Positions 13,031-26,502 of a stretch of DNA of 64,000 bases are shown here, in pieces. This DNA comes from Lama glama. Its lineage: Eukaryota. Each line of letters begins with the position of its first letter. The first letter of the stretch is position 1. Below the pieces are notes generated by a model that did not search any database, was not told the origin of the DNA, and was given only the letters and a program-made list of their open reading frames with translations. Made by a program: the position numbers and the translations under genes. Where the stretch lies: positions 3,598,001-3,662,000 of the forward strand of contig CM052816.1 of the NCBI GenBank assembly GCA_028534125.1, written 5' to 3'.

Positions 13031-13785
13031 TGTTCGAATTCCCTATTTATCCCTTCCCACCCTTTTTAAACCCCTGGTGGTCGTAAGTTTGTTCTCTGTG
13101 TTTTATGCTTTTAAGAAACATATCCAGGAAGTAAAAATGATAAATAGTGTTCCTTTGTGTACTTAATTGTTTCATTCCCCTACTATCATCTTGTGTACAT
13201 CACCCATAATTTTTACTCAAGGTTAATTTTGAGATGTTTGTTTATCTGAGGGTCTGTCTTTTTAACTGCTGTGTAATACCCCCATTGTATACAAATACTG
13301 CCATTTATTTACCCGCAGTCTTGGTGATGGGTAGTTAGGGTTTCTCCTCTTTTATTTTCCTGTAACAGAGCCATGCTTAGGAGCCACCTTCGTGTGTCTC
13401 ATCGTCATGTGCATGGCTGTCTCTTGGGTGCATGCCTGGCCGTGGATTGACTGCCCTTGCAGTCTCCTGCCGGCTTGCTTCTCAGTGTGATTGTATCACG
13501 CGATTTCCTACTGCCTTTGTAGACCTGCCTCTTTTCCTCACCCTTGTTCACCCTGGCTGTTGTCAGATTTCCTATTTTCAGCCAGTCTGAGGAGTAGGCA
13601 ATACGATTCATGCATAGGTTGAATGTGTACTTCCCTTATTGCTGGGCTTACTGGTGAGATGGAGCAGCTTGTCCTGTATTTTCTGATCCTTCCAGTTTCC
13701 TCCTGTTGCAATGGATTCCCTTTGTTCGCCCCCAATTTTGTTTTCTTTGGTTGTCTTTTACCTTTTGTGTTGTTCCCATATTCTT

Positions 13786-13910
13786 TCCTTTCTTTCTTTC
13801 TTTCTTTTCTTCCTTTTCTTTCTTTCTTCCTTCCTCTCTGTCTCTCTCTCTGTCTCTCTCTCTCTCTTTTCTTTCTTTCTTTCTCTTCTTTCTTTCTCTC
13901 TTTCTTTTTT

Positions 13911-13941
<31 letters not shown>

Positions 13942-14012
13942 CTTTCTTTCTTTCTTTCTTTTTCTTTCTTTCTTTCTTTTTCTTTCTTTTTCTTTCTTTC
14001 TTTCTTTCTTTC
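13786..14012. repeat. (CTTT)n/(CT)n microsatellite, the expanded tail of the SINE
   Basis: Directly visible; it generates the spurious K/E/R- and F/L/S-rich ORFs. Confidence 0.95.
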
Positions 14013-14035
14013 ATTTATTTCTTCCTTTGTATTTA

Positions 14036-14112
14036 GAGGAGGCACTGGGGATTGAACCCAGGACCTTGTGCATGGTAAGCATGCACTCTACCACTTGAGC
14101 TATGCCCTCCCC
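14036..14112 (-). mobile_element. tRNA-derived camelid SINE (vic-1 type) head
   Basis: Minus strand GGGGAGGGCATAGCTCAAGTGGTAGAGTGCATGCTTACCATGCACAAGGTCCTGGGTTCAATCCCCAGTGCCTCC has Pol III A and B boxes, followed by an A-rich tail and flanked by a TSD. Confidence 0.85.
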
Positions 14113-14497
14113 ACTGTTCACATATTCTTGATACCAAAATTTTGATGAGTAAATGCTTTCCAATAACTCTTTTTAGTCTGTGGCTTGTCTTTATTTTATG
14201 AAACTATTTGTTGTATAGAAGGTTTTATTTTGAAGCTGATGAAATCTGCATGTGTTTTCTGTTATTGTTAACATTTTCTAAGAAATCCCTTCGATCCTGT
14301 TGAAAGAAAATCATATTCCGATAGTTTTTGCTAAATGTTTTAAGGTTTAATGCTCCCATTTAGACCTTCATCCATTTAAAGTGTATTTCTGGAAATGTTC
14401 TGCTGAGGTATAAATATAATTTGATTCTATTTTTCCATACAGAAAACAATTTCCTAAATATTATTTATTGAATATACCATCTTTTACCACCAGTTTT

Positions 14498-15262
14498 TTT
14501 CTTTATTTTTCTGTTTTTTTTTGCATTTTGTATATGTATGTATTTTTATTGAAGTACAGTCAGTTTACAATGTTGTGTCAGTCTCTGGTGTACAGCATAA
14601 TGCTTCAGTCATACATGAACATGCATATATTTGTTTTCGTATTCTTTTTCACCATAAGTTAGTACAAGACATTGAATGTAGTTCCCTGTGCTTACAGTAT
14701 AAACTTATGCATATCTAGTTTATATATAGTAGTTAGTATCTGCAAATCTCAAAGCTCTCAATTTATCTCTTCCCTCGCCCCCTACCCCACTGGTGACCGT
14801 AAGTTTATTTTCGATGTTTGTGAGTCTGTTTCTGTTTTATAAATAAGTTCATTTTTGTCCTTTTTTTTTTTTAAGATTCCATATATAAGTTATATATGGT
14901 ATTTTTCTTTCTCTTTCTGGTTTATTTCACTTAGAATGGCAATATCCAGTTACATCCACGTTGCTGCAAATGGCATTATTTTATTTTTTAATGGCTGAGT
15001 AGTATTCCATTGTGTAAACATACCACCTCTTCTTTATCCAGTCATCTGTTGATGGTCATTTAGGCTGTCTCCATGTCTTGGCTATTGTAAATAGTACTGC
15101 TGTGAACACTGGGGTGCAGGTGTCTTTTCAAATTAGAGTTCCCTCTGGATATATGCCCAGGAGCGGGACTGCTGGATCATAGCATAAGTCTATTTTTAGT
15201 TTTTAAGGAATCTCCATACTGTTTTCCATAACGGTTACACCAAACTACATTCCCACCAACAG
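14498..15262 (-). mobile_element. 5'-truncated camelid/artiodactyl L1
   Basis: tttttattgaagtacagtcagtttacaatgttgtg...caaactacattcccaccaacag; closely resembles the copies at 1-409 and 7351-7897. Confidence 0.9.
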
Positions 15263-16074
15263 TACCACTGGTTTTCAATGCCGCTTCTGTCATATATGTA
15301 TTTTAATATGTATTTGGATTTGCTTCTGGGCTTTCTATTCTGTTCCACTGATCTATTTGTCTATCTGTGGTTCAGTAGAGCAATATTTCAATCATTATAG
15401 CCTCATAGTAACTCTCTATGCTAGGCTGAAGTCTCTTGACTTAGTATTCTTTAAAATTGTTTTAGACATCCTTGGCCCGATACTCTTCTATAAATTGAAG
15501 TATCACCCTGTCACGTTCCGTGAGAGACTCTAGGATGTTTATCACAGCTGCACTGAGAATTCATAGATGACTTTGGAGAAAATAGGCTTTTTAATGATAT
15601 TGAATCCACCCATGTACTAACAAGGAATATCTCTCCATTTATTGGAAATTCATATATTCTCTAATAACATGTGGTCATTTTCTTCAGATAGGATTAATAC
15701 ATTTTTATGTTAATTTTGGTGAGGCTTATATTTAGGTGCTCCACAGATCTTGTTACTAGGTTAAATGGGAGAATTCATCCTATACATATATTTTCTAATT
15801 GCCTTTTGCTAATGTATAGAACATTCTTCATTTTTATCTTGTAATCATGTATCCAGTGAACTTGACGAACTCTCTTCTTAACCTTATCACAAAGTTATTT
15901 TTAAATTACCTTTCTGGACCTATCAGACAGTCAGATGTTCTCCCTCTGTTTTTTTCCCCAGTTAGTATGGTGAGTTACACTGATTTCTTTTTGATGGTGA
16001 AAACATTTCTGCATCCTGGAATCACCACCATCTGATCCTGTTTTTTGTCTTTTCATGTGTGAGAAGAAGCAGGT

Positions 16075-17135
16075 TGCATTTTTATATTGTGATGCACTTA
16101 ATATAAAGTAAAACTCACCATTTAATCCATTTTAAAATGTAAAATTTATTGGCGTTTAATACATTCGCACTTTGTGCAAATATTATCGCTCTGTCTAGCT
16201 CTAGAACATTTTCATCGCCCAAAATCAAACCCTGTGCCCATTAAACAGTCATATCCCACTTGCCTTTCTGTGACAGCTCCTGGCAAACAGTAGTCCCCTT
16301 TCTGGCTATATGGGTTTGCCTATTTGGACATTTCATGTGAATGGATTCATGTAATACATGGTTCTTTGTGACTGGCTTCTGTCACTTAGCGTACCATTTT
16401 CAAGGTTTATCGTGTTATTAGCATGTACCTGTCCTTGTTATGGCTGTGTACTATTCCATTAAATGCATATGCAACATTTTGTTTCTCCATTCATCAGTTG
16501 ATGGGTATTTTGCCTGTTCACATCTTTTGGCTATAATGAATAACACTGTTATAAATTTTTTGTGTATAAGTTTTATTTGAACATCTGTCTTGAATTCTTT
16601 TTGGTACGTACCTAGGAGTGGAATTGCACAGTCATATTGTAAGTATATGCTTAACGTATTGAGGAAAAACCAAACCGTTTTCCACAGCGGCTGTACCAGT
16701 TTACATTCTTTTGAGCAGTGTATGAGGGTCCTAACAGCTTCACAACTTCGCTTACACCTGTTTCCTATTCCTTTGAGCATAGCGATTGTAGTGGGTGTGA
16801 AGTGATATTTCATTGTGGTTTTAATTTGCATATTCGTAATGACTATGACGGTGAGCATCTTTTTATTTGTGATTTTATGACTGTCTTGGAGGAATGTCTA
16901 TTCAAGTGTTTACCCATTTTTAAATAAGGTTGGTGGTTGGTTGGTTCTGAGCTGTAGGTGTTCTTTACATATTCTGGATCATGGGTCCTTAACAGATATA
17001 TGAGTTATAAATATTTTTTCCTCTTCTTTGAATTGTCTCACCACTTTCTTAATAGTGTCCTTTGCATAAATGTTTTTAATTTTGATGAAGTTTGATTTAT
17101 CTATTTTTTCTTTTTTTGCTTATGCTTTTGGTGCC
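16075..17135 (-). mobile_element. L1MA/MB-type 3' end including the ORF2 C-terminal remnant
   Basis: ORF 16451-16858 (MQIKTTMKYHFTP...[12 protein letters not shown]...AIPLLG) is L1 ORF2 C-terminal sequence. Confidence 0.85.
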
Positions 17136-17889
17136 ATAGAATTAAACATTTTGCTAAGACTTTTTGCATTCTATCTTCATGAGAGAGAGTGGTCTGTAAT
17201 TCTTTTTCTTGTAAAGTCCTTGTTATATTTTGGAAGTAGGTTGTGCTGGCCTCAAAAAAAAAAAAGTGAAGACACGTCCTACCATTAATATTTTCTAGAA
17301 AGTTTTGCAAAATATTTGAGTTATTTCTTCTTGGATGTTTAGAGGAATTCACTGGTGAAAACTTCTGGGCTTTGAGAGTTCTCGGTAGGAAGTTTTCAAG
17401 TAATGGATTCAGTTTCTTTAGGAGATACTGAATTATTCAGAATTTCTATTTCTTTTTGTCAGCTTTGGTAAATTGCATTTTTGAGGAATTTCCCATTTCA
17501 TCCAGATAATCAAATTTACTGGTGTAAAGTCACTCATAATTTCCTCTGATGAACTTTTTCATGTCTGAAGATTTGTAGTAATAATCTCCTTTTCTTTGAA
17601 TGTTGTTAATTTGTGTTTCTTCTCTTTTTTCCTTAATTAATTTTTGAGACTATCAATGTATTAATCTTCTCAGAGAAACAGTTTTTCTTATTTGTCTGTA
17701 TATGTTTGTAGCGTACTTTATTGATTTCTGTTTTTGTCTTTATTTTTTCTTAAGTTTGATTTATTATTCTCACTGTAATTTCTTGAGGCAGATGCTTAGA
17801 TACTCAGATTTGTCTTTTCTGTCATATGCTGTTAAGATGATACATTTCCACAGAAACACTTTTTCCTATAGCCAGCCACCCTCTAACTT

Positions 17890-18640
17890 TTAAATAACAA
17901 TTTTATTGAGAGATAAATGACAAAGCACACAAGTCAGACTTTTGAAGAGTACAGTTTAGTAGCTTTCAGTACATTCGGAGTTGTGCAACCATCATCACCA
18001 TCTAACTCCAGAATATTTTGATTATCTCAAAAAGAAACTCCATATACATTACTAGTCACTCTCCTTTCTCTTCTCCAGACCCCTCTCAACCACTGACTAA
18101 CTTCTGTGCCTACAGATTTGCCTATTCTGGACATTTCATATACACGGAATCATGCACTGTGTAGCCTTCTGTGTCTTGCTTCCTCATTTGGCATAATGTT
18201 ATCAACATCCACCCATGTCGTAGCGTGCATCAGTAATTCGCTTCATCCTACTGCCAAATAATATTCCATTGTATGAATACCTACCACATGTAGGTTTTCC
18301 ATGGATCAACCGGCGGACATTTGAGTCGATCCTACCAATGGCTAGGTCATACAGTGAACTCTATGTTGACTGTTTTAAGAAACTGCCGAAGTGCCACCCC
18401 AGCAGCAACGTAGGAGAGTTCTAATTTCTCCACGTTCCTGTCGACACTCGCTACTGTCTGTCTGTGACAGCCCTTCTATTAGGTGTGAAGTGCTATCTTG
18501 TTGTGATTTTTGGTCTACACTTCCCCCATATCTGATGGTATCGAACATCTTTTCAAGTGCTTACTGTTCATTTTTTACATCTTGTTTGGAGAAATGTTTG
18601 TTTGAATCCTTTAGCCATTTTGTAACTGAATCATCTATTC
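17890..18640 (-). mobile_element. L1MB-type 3' end
   Basis: gttgtgcaaccatcatcaccatctaactccagaatatttt...gatttgcctattctggacatttcata. Confidence 0.75.
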
Positions 18641-18767
18641 TTTGTTCCTTTTTTTAACTTTCTTGTCTTTTTGCTCCTGCAATGATAATTTTTCTTCTCT
18701 GAGTTCCTTGTTTGGTAGTTTTTCCGGAGAGGTCTTCTAGAGGGTTTTCCATTATCCTGGTTTTACG

Positions 18768-18850
18768 TACACACACACGCACACACTCACACACACACAT
18801 GCACAGACACGCGTGTATATATACACACATACACATATATACAGTATGTG
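18768..18850. repeat. (CA)n/(TA)n imperfect microsatellite
   Basis: Directly visible. Confidence 0.85.
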
Positions 18851-20769
18851 TACGTTAATTTTCTCCTACTGTATGTCTAATGATAGTTAAACTATGTAAA
18901 ACATTTTATTTTGATAGTTGTCTTCCACCAGCACTTTAAATGCTACAAGCCGATGGTGTTTACTTCCTTGTACTTTTTTCTTTACTCAGACAGCTTTTAA
19001 GAGTTTCTCTTTATACATAATTTCCCAGTTTTTCTCTTTATGTATAATTTCTGCAGTTTTGTTTATGCCTATTTCTAAGTTCATTTTTGTTTATCTTGCT
19101 CTGTACTCAGTGCATCTTAAAATTGATCATTCCTGTTTATCTTTTATTCTAGAAAATTCTTAGTGTACATCTTTTTGAATATCTTCACCAACAAATCTTC
19201 TAGTCTTCTGACACTCCAGTTAGACCTATTGATACCTCTGCACCTAATTTTCATCTTTCTGAAGGCTTGAAGAATTATTACTCCTTTCTCCTGCTGCACT
19301 GTAGCTGAATTCTTCAACACTAATGTCCAGTTTGCTGGTTCTCTTTTTGATTTTGCCCTTTCCAGAGGGTTTTTTTTCATTAACTATTTAGTCCAGTCAT
19401 TGACTAATTTTTATTTCCAAAAGTTCTACCTGATACTTTTGCAGAAGTCTTACCTTTTTCCTGCTTCATATGTTTTTCCATTTTAAGAATGTTTTAATTT
19501 TGACAATAACTTCTTATATTGAAGTCTTTTCCAAACTGTCCTGCAATATTAATTCATCTGGATTGAATTTTTAAAGTTGTCGACTTACTGCTTGCCTTTC
19601 TTAGCATTAGTTTCCTTTATATGTTTTGGAGTTTGATCCTTCAGCTTCACATTTTTGTTTTGGTGGTTTTCTTTGACTGAAATGATTTTTTTTTTAATCT
19701 GAGTTTTCTAGGACCTCCAAAAGTTCTGAGTCTAGCACTGAGTTTTACATTACTTGCCAAGTTGTCACCCCCCAGAGTAACATCAGGGAAATTCTGGATT
19801 CTTCCAGGTGCTTATAATGAGGCTGTGTCTAATTCTCTTTATCCTGCAAGAAGGAAGCTCCTCATTACCTATGCAGGCAGCAGGCAGCAGGCAGCTACAG
19901 GCTTTCCTCCTCTTTCATCCTTCCTCTCCTTTGTTTTAAGCAGTAAGGGTATTGCCCTCAGGCAATCTCTGTCTGCTTCTGGTCCTGGGTATCTGCAAGT
20001 CCAAAGCTTTAGTCTCAACATGCTTTGAATTTTCATCAGTTTCTGCTCTACACTATGTTTATCTGGTTTTAGAGACCATCTTATTACTTTTTATATGATT
20101 CCTTTCTGAATATTTAATTATGATGTGTGTTTAGATCAAAGCATTAGAATGTGTGGGCATTAAAATGTCAGCTCTTTACGTCACCTTGACTAAATGTTGA
20201 AGTGTAGCGGTCTGCTGAGGTGGGAGATTCTGGTCACAGGGTGCAGCCTCCAGTGACACAATCTGGCTCCTCCCTGGCATGGTGTAGTGTGAAATGTCTA
20301 CTACTAGTGACCTCTCATTTTTGTCCCCTTCTTATTAACCTCACAGGATCTCTGCACCCTCCCTTCTTGTTAGTTGCAAAGGCACTCCCTCTGCCCTTTG
20401 GCTTTTTTCATCGCAGTCCTTGATGGTCACTTAAAGAAGCCACCCTTCATACCAAAAAAAAAGTATTTTTCCCTGGAGGGTAGGAGAATATTCACATTCT
20501 TCCAGCAGGTAAAGACAGTAATTACATTCCCTATGTCTAATTCACAGAGGAGATCGGAGAGGAGCAGAGCAGTTGAATATTCATCCTTTCTAAGTAATGA
20601 AACTTATGACCTGCACCTTTCGTGCTCTTCTCCCAGTTCTTTGTCTGCCTGACTTCTCGTCACATCTCATCTCAGACGACACCTTCCACAGGGAGAAGTT
20701 TAATTCTATTGTTACTATTACTGTTACTATTTTCAGTGTCTGGAAATTTTCTTTGTTGTATATTTTTAC

Positions 20770-20910
20770 ATTGCCCCTTCCCATTACATCATAAACTCCA
20801 TGATGGTGGAGGCCGTGCTTGCCTTGTTTATTATAATCCCCAAACGCCTTGAAGCATGGCCAGTACTTAGCCCATGTTCATTAAATACTTGGCCAGTGAA
20901 TGGATGGGCT
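20770..20910 (+). mobile_element. L2 3' end
   Basis: cataaactccatgatgg...cattaaatacttggccagtgaatggatgg. Confidence 0.55.
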
Positions 20911-21189
20911 AGTCCCGTCCCATTCAGGATTGGTCACTCTGGTGATAAGGAGTTCACAGGGCACTGTGTGACAACGCCGGGTGGGAGGGCTAGTGGAAAG
21001 CATTCAGTGGACACCTTCATTTTGCAGAAGGAGGCGGCGAGGCTCAAGGCTTGTCACAGTCATAACTAACTAATGGCCAGACAGGAAGCAAGATTGACTT
21101 GACATCTTTTGAAGGTCCTTGGCACTTGGGCTTGGAGCCCCTTCCGCATGGTTGGTGCTCAGTAAACACAAGTGCACAGGAGAGAGTCT

Positions 21190-21330
21190 AGGTCTGCCTC
21201 TGCTGGGCACGTAAACCGGGAGAGTCACTGACTCTTTCTGGGACTCAGTCTCCCCATTTGCAAGATGATATAAGTGTCCTGCTTATTTTATTAAGTTACT
21301 GTGACAATTAAGTGGGATAATTTAAAAGGA
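21190..21330 (+). mobile_element. MIR fragment
   Basis: ctctttctgggactcagtctccccatttgcaagatg...tgtgacaattaagtgggataat. Confidence 0.6.
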
Positions 21331-21934
21331 TTATTTGGCAATTTATGTGAAGTCTCTGGTAGCAGCAGAAAAAAAAAGAAGCATTAAAGAAAGGTTATTG
21401 CCTTTATGCCAACTGCACTTACTGTACAGACGAAAAAAGACTGATGTCCAAAGCTGGGGAAGAAGACCTAAGACCTAAAGAAGCAGTGAAAGGCGAGCAG
21501 AAAGTATGAGGAGAGGCTAGTGGCAAAGACTTACCACCGCAGCGGCAGGAGTTGGTCTGGGCCCCTTTCTCTTTTTCTGTGGAAATGGTTTTGTAACTTT
21601 CAGAATCTTGATAGAGCTGTCAGAGGAATGAAGTCAGTAATGCAGGTTTTGTAATAGACGTCAGAGATCTGTCTGGAAGGTCATGAAATCACCAAACTGT
21701 CATCAAAATGGAAAAGAAAAGCGAAGGAGGTCTGAGTGCTGTGGTTTAATTTATCCATTATTTATTGATGGCAGTTCATGTTTCCTGGGGTCCTGTGGAT
21801 GTCATGGCGGCAGTCTGGGTGTCCACGGGGTTCTGGAAGGAGATAGGATGAGTATGTGGATGCTCTGTAGCCACCATCATGGTCTTAGAGTATGGACTCA
21901 GGACCGGATGGGGTCAAAATGGAGAAGTGGCCAC

Positions 21935-22080
21935 TGGAAAGCCTGATTTGACCACTAGGAGGTCAGTGGTGACCTTCTCAGAGATCAATATCATATTAGA
22001 TGCAGGGACAAAAATTAGATTGGAGAATATAGGTGTACAAATGGAAGAAGTGAGTATAGACTTTTCAAGAATTTGGGTGG
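21935..22080 (-). mobile_element. L2 fragment
   Basis: ggaggtcagtggtgacctt...gtgagtatagacttttcaagaatttgg. Confidence 0.6.
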
Positions 22081-25000
22081 TGAATTTTCTTGAGGTGGGC
22101 AGGGTCGAGTGAACACATCTGGGTCTGTACGTGTTACAGGGGAGATCTGACTTTGCTCATGGGCAAACTATAGCAAGATCCAGGAAAAAAAGGAAGAGGC
22201 TCAAGAGAAGGAATGTTTCTTTTTTCATGGAGAAGAGTAAACTGTACACACAATGTTTAGGAAAAATAAAGAAAAGAACTGAGTAGAGGTGGATAAAGTT
22301 TTCACGAACTCAGATTATTGAGATCAGAATTACCTAGCATTCCTTATGAAGGAACCTGGTCTTAGATGCTGGTCTAGCTTAGACACAGGTCTTGTTGACA
22401 CCAAAATCAGTGCCCTTCCTCAGTGTCTGTACCCATCACTCTATGTTAAGCTCCTTTCTTATTAAGAAACATAATTTTCTTGGAGAATACCCATTTGGCT
22501 TGAGGGGGAAAGATTAAGGAATGCAAACTAGTTGGGTCAGATTATAGTATATAACAGACAGTTAGCTTTTAAAGAGTAGAGAAGAACCCCTATGGTGACT
22601 GTCTATTGTACTAGAGAAGGGAGTATCTCTTGGATTCTGAGGACCTTGGTGGGTTATCTATTATGGAGTCTTTTATAGAGAGGAGAAGTCAGATGTTGAA
22701 GGAGGAGTCATATGTGCAGTATCATGGGAGCTAAAGGAGGTGGGTTATAAAACTTAGAAATCATGGGAGGGGTGGATTCAAGATGTATTAAGTCTCTATG
22801 AAACCACTTGAAATTAGAGACTATAAGGTCTAACTTGGCAAAGCAAACCTAGAATGTTGAGGCAGGAGGAATTTGGGAGAGTTTGAGAGGAGAGAGTAAA
22901 TGGAGATATTAATGATCAGAAAGAGTCTCCGAAACGGGACCCATCAGTTATTGGCGTCACCATGTAAGGTGACCATCCATTTCAAGTTGTGGTAAAAGTT
23001 TACTTTGGGTTCCCCCTTCAGGGCTCTTAAAATTGGGAAGGGCTGGACCCTTCCTCACCTGGTTCTTGCTTGAAGTCCGGTAGGGGAGCCAAGTTCCTAC
23101 AACCTTGGTGCCCAAATAGAGCTTAGATGTATGGTGTGTTCTTTGATGTCAGATATGTAGTAGAGCTTTGTAACCTTCACAGGGACCAGAAGAACATTTT
23201 CAAAGATCTTAATCTTCTGTGCGATGGAAGGAGAGCCCACCTTAAATCCCCAGGTGTTCTCTGTGTTCAGAGCTCTTTTCAAAATGGACCATTGGTGGAC
23301 CTGGGCTGAAATGGGCTGAAAATTGAAAAGTAATAATTTTTTTTTGGCTAAGCTTAAAAGTGATTACTGTTCATCCATTTGACAAAATTAGCGGTTCTAA
23401 AGTCACTATAGTTTAGGAAAACAGAAATAAGGCAATATGAGTGTGTATGCCGAATAACAAAAATTATCAGTGGTCCCTTTTCATCGTTAACAATACTTAT
23501 ATTTATAAAATATATTTTCATATAGCTGCAGTTATCTTTCATGTAATTCTAGGTCTGTTTGACTTATTTTAAGTATGTGATTTTGTCCTATGGTTTCCAA
23601 GATTATTTTAATGTTTACAATATTCCATTGATTGAAGGTGCCATGTATTTATTTACCTATTATTGCCCCTATGGTTGGGAAAAGGCAAATTCCACATTAA
23701 AAAAAATTATACTGTACTAAACAGTTTATTATCCTTTCTGTAGATTATTTGTGTGGTCAAAATAGGCGTAGATAACTCTGTTTTACAGAAAAAGAGCAGA
23801 TGCTAGTCTGTTTTGAAAAAGTTTATTAAGCAAATGTAAATACAAGGACAAGATTAAGAAAAATATACCTGCAGCATCACCAGGCAAATAAATTGGCTTG
23901 CTTCCTTTTCACTTTCCCTAGAAGTCTTGATTCGTGTGTATACATTATTTTATACACTCAACATTATATTTTGCCTCAGTTTAATAAAATTTCCACAACT
24001 CTTTTTAAAGCTAGCATGATATTCCATCAAGTTGAAATAACCACGATGTAATTAAGAAGCATTCCACTTCATCCGGTCAGGCAGTGCCGCTCATTTTCCC
24101 ATCTTTAAGTTCTCCTGCAGTGTTTATCACTGTTGTCAACAAGTTTTTCCTACTTAAATATTGTTGCTTGGATTAATTTTGATGCTAGGATTACTGGGCC
24201 AAAGGGTACGGACAGTTTTACGACTTTCTATAAACACCGACCTATCACTTTCTGAAAGTGCACACCAGTGTCCGCCGCACCCTTGTGCAGGCGTGCATTT
24301 GTCTCATCACTCCTTTTCAGTAGAAAAGGTAGGCAAATCCTTTGTTGATCTTGAAAAGTGGTTATTTATTCTGTTACATCTTCCAGTGTCTTAGAACTGG
24401 AAAAATAATTGTCTATTTTTGCTGGCGTAAACTATGTGTTTCTCTCCTTGGATCATTTGCTTGGTGATATCTTGATGGTGTTCTTTGTAATTCGTATGAG
24501 CTCCTAAAAGCACGTGATTTTTCACCACTTCTCCCATGTACTGCTGTTATTTTATTCTTTAAAAGCTTTCTCTAAGGAAGCAAGAACCTAAACAAACGGC
24601 ACATGCTCGAATGCGCTGGTCCTTCCTCTTGGCCCTTCCTGTGTCACGTCTTGCTCCCATCACAGGGTGGTTGTTAGCAATTTCCTATTCGGTGTTTTTT
24701 TTTTCCCCCCTATTTTTTCCACAGTTCTTCCAAATTATGTCGTTAATTGGCCTTTTTGGATTTCTGTCCACCCAAGTAGATTCTTGAGATAGTCAAGGGC
24801 TAGGAGTGTGTGTTATTCATTTAGAAGAGAATAAACATTCAATAGATACTAGATGAACAAATCTATTTAATCTGCTGGAGGTATTTTAAGGTGGGGATCT
24901 GAAGCTTCCCCTCTTTCCCTTCACCAAAGGGAAAAAAATTGCTGATCAATTTCCCCAGTAACGATCAAATAATCAAGTACCTTTCCTATGGGTGCATAAT

Positions 25001-26166
25001 GGCATTCCAGCCACCTGCTTCCCTGGCACCAGGTACACGTTGTCATTGTCTTATATCTGCAGCTGTTTGTTTCATTGTCGAGGACGCCCACCTGTGAGCT
25101 GAGTGGGCACAGAGATCACCTTCTTGTTCTGGCTCTCTGCTTTGGGGTGCTTAAAGTGAACGGTCCACTGAAGTGAGAGGACAGAGTCTTAAACTCACTG
25201 GAGTCTATTTCTGGGTCTTCCGATCTGGTCAAGTATTTCTGTTCAGGTACCTGGCGCTCTGCTGAGCTCAGGTGATGAAATAATGAGGAAGCTGTGCCTT
25301 TGTTCTTGAGCCCACGTTCTAGTGGTGTGAGCAGCAGAGTGAATGGGTTGCTTCAGTACAGTGTAAGCTGTGACAGAGGTGTGCCCAGGGTTCTCTGGGA
25401 GTGCAGACAAAGGGCTGCTCGGTCCACCGGGAAAAGCATGCCAGGGAAACCTGCCTTAAGGGAGGGATGATGTCTGAGCCAGATCTTAGAGTGAGCAGGG
25501 CTAAGCCAAAGAAAAGAGAGGGTGTTCTCTTGGTGGGGAAATAACCCCAAATGCAATAGATTGTACTTTGTTTTGGAAACATTGCCATCTAATTACTGCT
25601 ATTTTGTGCTTTTAAATAGTCTGGTTTGTGTCATTTCAGTGGCTTGTTGTATGATAGTCCTTGCATTTTTTTAAAAAATTATTTTGACTGATAAAATTGA
25701 GAATTATTCTGTTTACTTCCCAGAAAATTTCTGTTGGGATTTTGATTGGAATTTTGTTAAATGTGTAAACTAACCTGAAGGAAAACACTGTCTCTATCAA
25801 TTTTGATCTGTTCATTAATCTCTCTCACAAATGTTTACATCTTTCCGCGTAGATTACAGCAGATCTCACGGCAGGTTTTCTTTGTGCGTAACTTTGTGAA
25901 TGTCTGTGTTCATGTGCAGTACATTTAAAAGATGAGTTAATATTAGGAAAGGTGTATCTTGGATAGAAATCCTAAGTAAAACTATTTTACTTAAGAAACA
26001 AGTACTAACTTTTACTTTGTTAATTTTGGCTAATTTTTAAAATGGCACATCACTGAGGCTTTCTGTTTTTCATATAAGGAGATAACATGTTGCTATAACA
26101 TTTTATACGTATCTTAAATTTCTTTTTATGTTTTTTAATACCTATCAGCAGTTTTATCATCTTTTT

Positions 26167-26502
26167 TTAACATTTTTTATTGATTTATAATCATTTTACA
26201 ATGTTGTGTCAAATTCCAGTGCAGAGCACAATTTTTCAGTTATACATGAACATATATATATATATATTCATTGTCACATTTTTTTCTCTGTGAGCTACCA
26301 CAAGATCTTGTGTATGTTTCCCTGTGCTATACAGTATAATCTTGTTTATCTATTCTGCATTTTAAAATCCCAGTCTATCCCTTCCTGCCCCCCGCCCCCT
26401 TGGCAACCACAAGCTTGTATTCTATGTCTGTGAGTCTGTTTCTGTTTTGTATTTCTGTTTTGTTTGTTTTGTGAGATTCCACATATGAACAGCCTCTTAT
26501 GG
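26167..26502 (-). mobile_element. Young camelid L1 3' end, 336 bp, with perfect 17-bp TSD
   Basis: aacattttttattgatttataatcattttacaatgttgtgtcaaattccagtg...; TSD agttttatcatcttttt at 26150-26166 and 26503-26519. Confidence 0.9.

Larger units (their letters stand above)
13200..16030 (-). mobile_element. Ancient L1 (L1ME-like) hosting later SINE and L1 insertions
   Basis: L1 ORF2 reverse-complement phrases (ctttctattctgttccactgatctatttgtct; ggaatatctctccatttatt) continue across the younger inserts. Confidence 0.6.

Noticed and set aside
13538..14098. Several 95-158 aa ORFs on both strands
   Set aside because: They are translations of the (CTTT)n SINE tail.
14036..14112. Possible tRNA gene
   Set aside because: The A-rich tail, TSD and imperfect acceptor stem indicate a tRNA-derived SINE.
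16451..16858. 135-aa ORF
   Set aside because: It is a decayed L1 ORF2 C-terminus, not a host gene.
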